Assembly (NCBI RefSeq): GCF_009914755.1 | Contig: NC_060935.1 | Direction: 5' to 3' (one strand) | Origin: the human T2T-CHM13v2.0 reference genome, Homo sapiens | DNA length: 64,000 nt | Shown: positions 40,901-52,668 of the stretch, piece after piece | Position numbering within the stretch: the stretch's first letter is position 1 | How the letters are laid out: each line of letters begins with the position of its first letter | Program-made: the position numbers and the translations under genes | Notes under the pieces: generated by a model | Database searches by the model: none | What the model saw: the letters and a program-made list of their open reading frames with translations, nothing else | Told to the model about the DNA's origin: nothing

Positions 40901-43900
40901 GGCCTGTGGTGGAAAAGGAAAATCTTCACATAAAAACTAGATGGAGGCATTCTCAGAAACTACTTTGTGATGATTGCATTCGACTCACAGAGTTGAACAT
41001 TCCTATAGATAGAGCAGGTTGTAAACAATCTTTTTGTAGAATCTGCGATTGGAGATTTTACTGCTTTGAGGCCTACTGTAGTAAAGGAAATAACTTCATC
41101 TAAAAACCAAACGGAAGCATTCACAGACAATTCTTAGTGATCATTGGATTGAACTAACAGAGCTGAACATTCCTTTAGATGGAGCAGTTTCCAAACACAC
41201 TTTCTGTAGAATCTGCAAGTGGATATTTGGACCTCTCTGACGATTTCATTGGAAACGGGATAAACTTCCCAGAACTACACGGAAGCATTCTGAGAAACTT
41301 CTTTGTGATGTTTGCATTCAACTCACAGAGTTGAACCTTGCTTTCATAGTTCAGCTTTCAAACACTCTTTTTGTAGAATCTGCAAGTGGATATTTGGACC
41401 ACTTTGTGGCCTTCCTTCGAAACGGGTATATCTTCACATCAAACCTAGACAGAAGCATTCTCAGAATGTTTCCTGTGATGACTGCATTCAACTCACAGAG
41501 GTGAACAATCCTGCTGATGGAGCAGTTTTGAAACTCTCTTTCTTTGGATTCTGCAAGTGGATATGTGGACCTCTGTGAAGATTTCATTGGAAACGGGTTT
41601 ATCTTCACAGAAAAACTAAACAGAAGCATTCTCAGAAACTGCTTTGTGATGTTTGTGTTCCACTTCAAGAATTGAACTTTCCTCTTGACAGAGCAGCTCT
41701 GAAACCCCCTTTTTCTAGAATCTGCAAGTGGACATTTGGAGGGCTTTGAGGCCTGTGTGGAAAAGGAAAATCTTCACATAAAAACTAGATGGAAGCATTC
41801 TCAGAAACTACTTTGCGATGATTGCATTCGACTCACAGAGTTGAACATTCCTATAGATAGAGCAGGTTGTAAACAATCTTTTTGTAGAATCTGCGATTGG
41901 AGATTTGGACTGCTTTGAGGCCTACTGTAGTAAAGGAAATAACTTCATCTAAAAACCAAACGGAAGCATTCACAGACAATTCTTAGTGATCATTGGATTG
42001 AACTAACAGAGCTGAACATTCCTTTAGATGGAGCAGTTTCCAAACTCACTTTCTGTAGAATCTGCAAGTGGATATTTGGACCTCTCTGAGGATTTCCTTG
42101 GAAAAGGGATAAACATCCCAGAACTACACGGAAGCATTCTGAGAAACTTCTTTGTGATGTTTGCATTCAACTCACAGAGTTGAACCTTGCTTTCATAGTT
42201 CAGCTTTCAAACACTCTTTTTGTAGGATCTGCAAGTGGATATTTGACCACTTTGTGGCCTTCCTTCAAAACGGGTATATCTTCACATCAAACCTAGACAG
42301 AAGCATTCTCAGAATGTTTTCTGTGATGACTGCATTCAACTCACAGAGGTGAACAATCCTGCTGATGGAGCAGTTTTGAAACTCTCTTTCTTTGGATTCT
42401 GCAAGTGGATATGTGGACCTCTGTGAAGATTTCATTGGAAACGGGTTCATCTTCACAGAAAAACTAAACAGAAGAATTCTCAGAAACTGCTTTGTGATGT
42501 TTGTGTTCCACTTCAAGAATTGAACTTTCCTCTTGACAGAGCAGCTCTGAAACCCTCTTTTTCTAGAATCTGCAAGTGGACATTTGGAGGGCTTTGAGGC
42601 CTGTGGTGGAAAAGGAAAATCTTCACATAAAAACTAGATGGAAGCATTCTCAGAAACTACTTTGCGATGATTGCATTCGACTCACAGAGTTGAACATTCC
42701 TATAGATAGAGCAGGTTGTAAACAATCTTTTTGTAGAATCTGCGATTGGAGATTTTACTGCTTTGAGGCCTACTGTAGTAAAGGAAATAACTTCATCTAA
42801 AAACCAAACGGAAGCATTCACAGACAATTCTTAGTGATCATTGGATTGAACTAACAGAGCTGAACATTCCTTTAGATGGAGCAGTTTCCAAACACACTTT
42901 CTGTAGAATCTGCAAGTGGATATTTGGACCTCTCTGAGGATTTCGTTGGAAACGGGATAAACATCCCAGAACTACACGGAAGCATTCTGAGAAACTTCTT
43001 TGTGATGTTTGCATTCAACTCACAGAGTTGAACCTTCCTTTCATAGTTCAGCTTTCAAACACTCTTTTTGTAGAATCTGCAAGTGGATATTTGGACCACT
43101 TTGTGGCCTTCCTTCGAAACGGGTATATCTTCACATCAAACCTAGACAGAAGCATTCTCAGAATGTTTCCTGTGATGACTGCATTCAACTCACAGAGGTG
43201 AACAATCCTGCTGATGGAGCAGTTTTGAAACTCTCTTTCTTTGGATTCTGCAAGTGGATATGTGGACCTCTGTGAAGATTTCGTTGGAAACGGGTTCATC
43301 TTCACAGAAAAACTAAACAGGAGCATTCTCAGAAACTGCTTTGTGATGTTTGTGTTCCACTTCAGGAATTGAACTTTCCTCTTGACAGAGCAGCTCTGAA
43401 ACCCTCTTTTTCTAGAATCTGCAAGTGGACATTTGGAGGGCTTTGAGGCCTGTGGTGGAAAAGGAAAATCTTCACATAAAAACTAGATGGAGGCATTCTC
43501 AGAAACTACTTTGTGATGATTGCATTCGACTCACAGAGTTGAACATTCCTATAGATAGAGCAGGTTGTAAACAATCTTTTTGTAGAATCTGCGATTGGAG
43601 ATTTTACTGCTTTGAGGCCTACTGTAGTAAAGGAAATAACTTCATCTAAAAACCAAACGGAAGCATTCACAGACAATTCTTAGTGATCATTGGATTGAAC
43701 TAAAAGAGCTGAACATTCCTTTAGATGGAGCAGTTTCCAAACACACTTTCTGTAGAATCTGCAAGTGGATATTTGGACCTCTCTGACGATTTCGTTGGAA
43801 ACGGGATAAACTTCCCAGAACTACACGGAAGCATTCTGAGAAACTTCTTTGTGATGTTTGCATTCAACTCACAGAGTTGAACCTTGCTTTCATAGTTCAG

Positions 43901-46900
43901 CTTTCAAACACTCTTTTTGTAGGATCCGCAAGTGGATATTTGGACCACTTTGTGGCCTTCCTTCGAAACGGGTATATCTTCACATCAAACCTAGACAGAA
44001 GCATTCTCAGAATGTTTCCTGTGATGACTGCATTCAACTCACAGAGGTGAACAATCCTGCTGATGGACCAGTTTTGAAACTCTCTTTCTTTGGATTCTGC
44101 AAGTGGATATGTGGACCTCTGTGAAGATTTCGTTGGAAACGGGTTCATCTTCACAGAAAAACTAAACAGGAGCATTCTCAGAAACTGCTTTGTGATGTTT
44201 GTGTTCCACTTCAGGAATTGAACTTTCCTCTTGACAGAGCAGCTCTGAAACCCTCTTTTTCTAGAATCTGCAAGTGGACATTTGGAGGGCTTTGAGGCCT
44301 GTGTGGAAAAGGAAAATCTTCACATAAAAACTAGATGGAAGCATTCTCAGAAACTACTTTGCGATGATTGCATTCGACTCACAGAGTTGAACATTCCTAT
44401 AGATAGAGCAGGTTGTAAACAATCTTTTTGTAGAATCTGCGATTGGAGATTTGGACTGCTTTGAGGCCTACTGTAGTAAAGGAAATAACTTCATCTAAAA
44501 ACCAAACGGAAGCATTCACAGAAAATTCTTAGTGATCATTGGATTGAACTAACAGAGCTGAACATTCCTTTAGATGGAGCAGTTTCCAAACTCACTTTCT
44601 GTAGAATCTGCAAGTGGATATTTGGACCTCTCTGAGGATTTCCTTGGAAAAGGGATAAACATCCCAGAACTACACGGAAGCATTCTGAGAAACTTCTTTG
44701 TGATGTTTGCATTCAACTCACAGAGTTGAACCTTGCTTTCATAGTTCAGCTTTCAAACACTCTTTTTGTAGGATCTGCAAGTGGATATTTGACCACTTTG
44801 TGGCCTTCCTTCGAAACGGGTATATCTTCACATCAAACCTAGACAGAAGCATTCTCAGAATGTTTTCTGTGATGACTGCATTCAACTCACAGAGGTGAAC
44901 AATCCTGCTGATGGAGCAGTTTTGAAACTCTCTTTCTTTGGATTCTGCAAGTGGATATGTGGACCTCTGTGAAGATTTCGTTGGAAACGGGTTCATCTTC
45001 ACAGAAAAACTAAACAGGAGCATTCTCAGAAACTGCTTTGTGATGTTTGTGTTCCACTTCAGGAATTGAACTTTCCTCTTGACAGAGCAGCTCTGAAACC
45101 CTCTTTTTCTAGAATCTGCAAGTGGACATTTGGAGGGCTTTGAGGCCTGTGGTGGAAAAGGAAAATCTTCACATAAAAACTAGATGGAAGCATTCTCAGA
45201 AACTACTTTGCGATGATTGCATTCGACTCACAGAGTTGAACATTCCTATAGATAGAGCAGGTAGTAAACAATCTTTTTGTAGAATCTGCGATTGGAGATT
45301 TGGACTGCTTTGAGGCCTACTGTAGTAAAGGAAATAACTTCATCTAAAAACCAAACGGAAGCATTCACAGACAATTCTTAGTGATCATTGGATAGAACTA
45401 ACAGAGCTGAACATTCCTTTAGATGGAGCAGTTTCCAAACACACTTTCTGTAGAATCTGCAAGTGGATATTTGGACCTCTCTGAGGATTTCGTTGGAAAC
45501 GGGATAAACTTCCCAGAACTACACGAAAGTATTCTGAGAAACTTCTTTGTGATGTTTGCATTCAACTCACAGAGTTGAACCTTGCTTTCATAGTTCAGCT
45601 TTCAAACACTCTTTTTGTAGAATCTGCAAGTGGATATTTGGACCACTTTGTGGCCTTCCTTCGAAACGGGTATATCTTCACATCAAACCTAGACAGAAGC
45701 ATTCTCAGAATGTTTCCTGTGATGACTGCATTCAACTCACAGAGGTGAACAATCCTGCTGATGGAGCAGTTTTGAAACTCTCTTTCTTTGGATTCTGCAA
45801 GTGGATATGTGGACCTCTGTGAAGATTTCATTGGAAACGGGTTCATCTTCACAGAAAAACTAAACAGAAGAATTCTCAGAAACTGCTTTGTGATGTTTGT
45901 GTTCCACTTCAAGAATTGAACTTTCCTCTTGACAGAGCAGCTCTGAAACCCTCTTTTTCTAGAATCTGCAAGTGGACATTTGGAGGGCTTTGAGGCCTGT
46001 GGTGGAAAAGGAAAATCTTCACATAAAAACTAGATGGAAGCATTCTCAGAAACTACTTTGCGATGATTGCATTCGACTCACAGAGTTGAACATTCCTATA
46101 GATAGAGCAGGTTGTAAACAATCTTTTTGTAGAATCTGCGATTGGAGATTTTACTGCTTTGAGGCCTACTGTAGTAAAGGAAATAACTTCATCTAAAAAC
46201 CAAACGGAAGCATTCACAGACAATTCTTAGTGATCATTGGATTGAACTAACAGAGCTGAACATTCCTTTAGATGGAGCAGTTTCCAAACACACTTTCTGT
46301 AGAATCTGCAAGTGGATATTTGGACCTCTCTGAGGATTTCGTTGGAAACGGGATAAACTTCCCAGAACTACACGGAAGCATTCTGAGAAACTTCTTTGTG
46401 ATGTTTGCATTCAACTCACAGAGTTGAACCTTGCTTTCATAGTTCAGCTTTCAAACACTCTTTTTGTAGGATCCGCAAGTGGATATTTGACAACTTTGTG
46501 GCCTTCCTTCGAAACGGGTATATCTTCACATCAAACCTAGACAGAAGCATTCTCATAATGTTTCCTGTGATGACTGCATTCAACTCACAGAGGTGAACAA
46601 TCCTGCTGATGGAGCAGTTTTGAAACTCTCTTTCTTTGGATTCTGCAAGTGGATATGTGGACCTCTGTGAAGATTTCGTTGGAAACGGGTTCATCTTCAC
46701 AGAAAAACTAAACAGGAGCATTCTCAGAAACTGCTTTGTGATGTTTGTGTTCCACTTCAGGAATTGAACTTTCCTCTTGACAGAGCAGCTCTGAAACCCT
46801 CTTTTTCTAGAATCTGCAAGTGGACATTTGGAGGGCTTTGAGTCCTGTGGTGGAAAAGGAAAATCTTCACATAAAAACTAGATGGAAGCATTCTCAGAAA

Positions 46901-49900
46901 CTACTTTGTGATGATTGCATTCGACTCACAGAGTTGAACATTCCTATAGATAGAGCAGGTTGTAAACAATCTTTTTGTAGAATCTGCGATTGGAGATTTG
47001 GACTGCTTTGAGGCCTACTGTAGTAAAGGAAATAACTTCATCTAAATACCAAACGGAAGCATTCACAGACAATTCTTAGTGATCATTGGATTGAACTAAC
47101 AGAGCTGAACATTCCTTTAGAAGGCGCAGTTTCCAAACACACTTTCTGTAGAATCTGCAAGTGGATATTTGGACCTCTCTGAGGATTTCGTTGGAAACGG
47201 GATAAACATCCCAGAACTACACGGAAGCATTCTGAGAAACTTCTTTGTGATGTTTGCATTCAACTCACAGAGTTGAACCTTGCTTTCATAGTTCAGCTTT
47301 CAAACACTCTTTTTGTAGAATCTGCAAGTGGATATTTGGACCACTTTGGGGCCTTCCTTCGAAACGGGTATATCTTCACATCAAACCTAGACAGAAGCAT
47401 TCTCAGAATGTTTCCTCTGATGACTGCATTCAACTCACAGAGGTGAACAATCCTGCTGATGGAGCAGTTTTGAAACTCTCTTTCTTTGGATTCTGCAAGT
47501 GGATATGTGGACCTCTGTGAAGATTTCGTTGGAAACGGGTTCATCTTCACAGAAAAACTAAACAGGAGCATTCTCAGAAACTGCTTTGTGATGTTTGTGT
47601 TCCACTTCAGGAATTGAACTTTCCTCTTGACAGAGCAGCTCTGAAACCCTCTTTTTCTAGAATCTGCAAGTGGACAATTGGAGGGCTTTGAGGCCTGTGG
47701 TGGAAAAGGAAAATCTTCACATAAAAACTAGATGGAGGCATTCTCAGAAACTACTTTGTGATGATTGCATTCGACTCACAGAGTTGAACATTCCTATAGA
47801 TAGAGCAGGTTGTAAACAATCTTTTTGTAGAATCTGCGATTGGAGATTTTACTGCTTTGAGGCCTACTGTAGTAAAGGAAATAACTTCATCTAAAAACCA
47901 AACGGAAGCATTCACAGACAATTCTTAGTGATCATTGGATTGAACTAAAAGAGCTGAACATTCCTTTAGATGGAGCAGTTTCCAAACACACTTTCTGTAG
48001 AATCTGCAAGTGGATATTTGGACCTCTCTGACGATTTCGTTGGAAACGGGATAAACTTCCCAGAACTACACGGAAGCATTCTGAGAAACTTCTTTGTGAT
48101 GTTTGCATTCAACTCACAGAGTTGAACCTTGCTTTCATAGTTCAGCTTTCAAACACTCTTTTTGTAGGATCCGCAAGTGGATATTTGGACCACTTTGTGG
48201 CCTTCCTTCGAAACGGGTATATCTTCACATCAAACCTAGACAGAAGCATTCTCAGAATGTTTCCTGTGATGACTGCATTCAACTCACAGAGGTGAACAAT
48301 CCTGCTGATGGACCAGTTTTGAAACTCTCTTTCTTTGGATTCTGCAAGTGGATATGTGGACCTCTGTGAAGATTTCGTTGGAAACGGGTTCATCTTCACA
48401 GAAAAACTAAACAGGAGCATTCTCAGAAACTGCTTTGTGATGTTTGTGTTCCACTTCAGGAATTGAACTTTCCTCTTGACAGAGCAGCTCTGAAACCCTC
48501 TTTTTCTAGAATCTGCAAGTGGACATTTGGAGGGCTTTGAGGCCTGTGGTGGAAAAGGAAAATCTTCACATAAAAACTAGATGGAAGCATTCTCAGAAAC
48601 TACTTTGTGATGATTGCATTCGACTCACAGAGTTGAACATTCCTATAGATAGAGCAGGTTGTAAACAATCTTTTTGTAGAATCTGCGATTGGAGATTAGG
48701 ACTGCTTTGAGGCCTACTGTAGTAAAGGAAATAACTTCATTTAAAAACCAAACGGAAGCATTCACAGACAATTCTTAGTGATCATTGGATTGAACTAACA
48801 GAGCTGAAGATTCCTTTAGATGGCGCAGTTTCCAAACACACTTTCTGTAGAATCTGCAAGTGGATATTTGGACCTCTCTGAGGATTTCGTTGGAAACGGG
48901 ATAAACTTCCCAGAACTACACGGAAGCATTCTGAGAAACTTCTTTGTGATGTTTGCATTCAACTCACAGAGTTGAACCTTGCTTTCATAGTTCAGCTTTC
49001 AAACACTCTTTTTGTAGAATCTGCAAGTAGATATTTGGACCACTTTGTGGCCTTCCTTCGAAACGGGTATATCTTCACATCAAACCTAGACAGAAGCATT
49101 CTCAGAATGTTTCCTGTGATGACTGCATTCAACTCACAGAGGTGAACAATCCTGCTTATGGAGCAGTTTTGAAACTCTCTTTCTTTGGATTCTGCAAGTG
49201 GATATGTGGACCTCTGTGAAGATTTCATTGGAAACGGGTTTATCTTCACAGAAAAACTAAACAGAAGCATTCTCAGAAACTGCTTTGTGATGTTTGTGTT
49301 CCACTTCAAGAATTGAACTTTCCTCTTGACAGAACAGCTCTGAAACCCTCTTTTTCTAGAATCTGCAAGTGGACATTTGGAGGGCTTTGAGGCCTGTGTG
49401 GAAAAGGAAAATCTTCACATAAAAACTAGATGGAAGCATTCTCAGAAACTACTTTGTGATGATTGCATTCGACTCACAGAGTTGAACATTCCTATAGATA
49501 GAGCAGGTTGTAAACAATCTTTTTGTAGAATCTGCGATTGGAGATTAGGACTGCTTTGAGGCCTACTGTAGTAAAGGAAAGAACTTCATCTAAAAACCAA
49601 ACGGAAGCATTCACAGACAATTCTTAGTGATCATTGGATTGAACTAACAGAGCTGAACATTCCTTTAGATGGAGCAGTTTCCAAACACACTTTCTGTAGA
49701 ATCTGCAAGTGGATATTTGGACCTCTCTGAGGATTTCGTTGGAAAAGGGATAAACTTCCCAGAACTACACGGAAGCATTCTGAGAAACTTCTTTGTGATG
49801 TTTGCATTCAACTCACAGAGTTGAACCTTGCTTTCATAGTTCAGCTTTCAAACACTCTTTTTGTAGGATCTGCAAGTGGATATTTGACCACTTTGTGGCC

Positions 49901-52668
49901 TTCCTTCGAAACGGGTATATCTTCACATCAAACCTAGACAGAAGCATTCTCAGAATGTTTTCTGTGATGACTGCATTCAACTCACAGAGGTGAACAATCC
50001 TGCTGATGGAGCAGTTTTGAAACTCTCTTTCTTTGGATTCTGCAAGTGGATATGTGGACCACTGTGAAGATTTCGTTGGAAACGGGTTCATCTTCACAGA
50101 AAAACTAAACAGGAGCATTCTCAGAAACTGCTTTGTGATGTTTGTGTTCCACTTCAAGAATTGAACTTTCCTCTTGACAGAGCAGCTCTGAAACCCTCTT
50201 TTTCTAGAATCTGCAAGTGGACATTTGGAGGGCTTTGAGGCCTGTGGTGGAAAAGGAAAATCTTCACATAAAAATTAGATGGAAGCATTCTCAGAAACTA
50301 CTTTGTGATGATTGCATTGGACTCACAGAGTTGAACATTCCTATAGATAGAGCAGGTTGTAAACAATCTTTTTGTAGAATCTGCGATTGGAGATTTGGAC
50401 TGCTTTGAGGCCTACTGTAGTAAAGGAAATAACTTCATCTAAAAACCAAACGGAAGCATTCACAGACAATTCTTAGTGATCATTGGATTGAACTAACAGA
50501 GCTGAACATTCCTTTAGATGGAGAAGTTTCCAAACACACTTTCTGTAGAATCTGCAAGTGGATATTTGGACCTCTGTGAGGATTTCGTTGGAAACAGGAT
50601 AAACTTCCCAGAACTACACGGAAGCATTCGGAGAAACTTCTTTGTGATATTTGCATTCAACTCACAGAGTTGAACCTTGCTTTCATAGTTCAGCTTTCAA
50701 ACACTCTTTTTGTAGAATCTGCAAGTGGATATTTGGACCACTTTGTGGCCTCTCTTCGAAATGGGTATATCTTCACATCAAACCTAGACAGAAGCATTCT
50801 CAGAATGTTTCCTGTGATGACTGCATTCAACTCACAGAGGTGAACAATCCTGCTGATGGAGCAGTTTTGAAACTCTCTTTCTTTGGATTCTGCAAGGGGA
50901 TATGTGGACCTCTGTGACGATTTCGTTGGAAACGGGTTCATCTTCACAGAAAAACTAAACAGGAGCATTCTCAGAAACTGCTTTGTGATGTTTGTGTTCC
51001 ACTTCAGGAATTGAACTTTCCTCTTGACAGAGCAGCTCTGAAACCCTCTTTTTCTAGAATCTGCAAGTGGACATTTGGAGGGCTTTGAGGCCTGTGGTGG
51101 AAAAGGAAAATCTTCACATAAAAACTAGATGGAAGCATTCTCAGAAACTACTTTGTGATGATTGCATTCGACTCACAGAGTTGAACATTCCTATAGATAG
51201 AGCAGGTTGTAAACAATCTTTTTGTAGAATCTGCGATTGGAGATTTGGACTGCTTTGAGGCCTACTGTAGTAAAGGAAATAACTTCATCTAAAAACGAAA
51301 CGGAAGCATTCACAGACAATTCTTAGTGATCATTGGATTGAACTAACAGAGCTGAACATTCCTTTAGATGGCGCAGTTTCCAAACACACTTTCTGTAGAA
51401 TCTGCAAGTGGATATTTGGACCTCTCTGAGGATTTCGTTGGAAATGGGATAAACATCCCAGAACTACACGGAAGCATTCTGAGAAACTTCTTTGTGATGT
51501 TTGCATTCAACTCACAGAGTTGAACCTTGCTTTCATAGTTCAGCTTTCAAACACTCTTTTTGTAGAATCTGCAAGTGGATATTTGGACCACTTTGTGGCC
51601 TTCCTTCGAAACGGGTATATCTTCACATCAAACCTAGACAGAAGCATTCTCAGAATGTTTCCTGTGATGACTGCATTCAACTCACAGAGGTGAACAATCC
51701 TGCTGATGGACCAGTTTTGAAACTCTCTTTCTTTGGATTCTGCAAGTGGATATGTGGACCTCTGTGAAGATTTCGTTGGAAACGGGTTCATCTTCACAGA
51801 AAAACTAAACAGGAGGATTCTCAGAAACTGCTTTGTGATGTTTGTGTTCCACTTCAGGAATTGAACTTTCCTCTTGACAGAGCAGCTCTGAAACCCTCTT
51901 TTTCTAGAATCTGCAAGTGGACATTTGGAGGGCTTTGAGGCCTGTGGTGGAAAAGGAAAATCTTCACATAAAAACTAGATGGAGGCATTCTCAGAAACTA
52001 CTTTGTGATGATTGCATTCGACTCACAGAGTTGAACATTCCTATAGATAGAGCAGGTTGTAAACAATCTTTTTGTAGAATCTGCGATTGGAGATTTTACT
52101 GCTTTGAGGCCTACTGTAGTAAAGGAAATAACTTCATCTAAAAACCAAACGGAAGCATTCACAGACAATTCTTAGTGATCATTGGATTGAACTAACAGAG
52201 CTGAACATTCCTTTAGATGGAGCAGTTTCCAAACACACTTTCTGTAGAATCTGCAAGTGGATATTTGGACCTCTCTGAGGATTTCGTTGGAAACGGGATA
52301 AACTTCCCAGAACTACACGGAAGCATTCTGAGAAACTTCTTTGTGATGTTTGCATTCAACTCACAGAGTTGAACCTTGCTTTCATAGTTCAGCTTTCAAA
52401 CACTCTTTTTGTAGGATCCGCAAGTGGATATTTGGACCACTTTGTGGCCTTCCTTCGAAACGGGTATATCTTCACATCAAACCTAGACAGAAGCATTCTC
52501 AGAATGTTTCCTGTGATGACTGCATTCAACTCACAGAGGTGAACAATCCTGCTGATGGAGCAGTTTTGAAACTCTCTTTCTTTGGATTCTGCAAGTGGAT
52601 ATGTGGACCTCTGTGAAGATTTCGTTGGAAACGGGTTCATCTTCACAGAAAAACTAAACAGGAGCATT
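22952..52668 (+). repeat. Middle HOR-haplotype domain: 847-850-bp units with recurrent 1-bp deletions and an approximately 3-HOR super-period
   Basis: Domain-restricted variants include gcctgtgtgg (del), gatatttgacc (del), gagattttactg (del), cattcacgacaa (del), ctactttgcgat, gtaggatc, cacgaaagtattc and tttcattggaaacggg. Confidence 0.85.
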
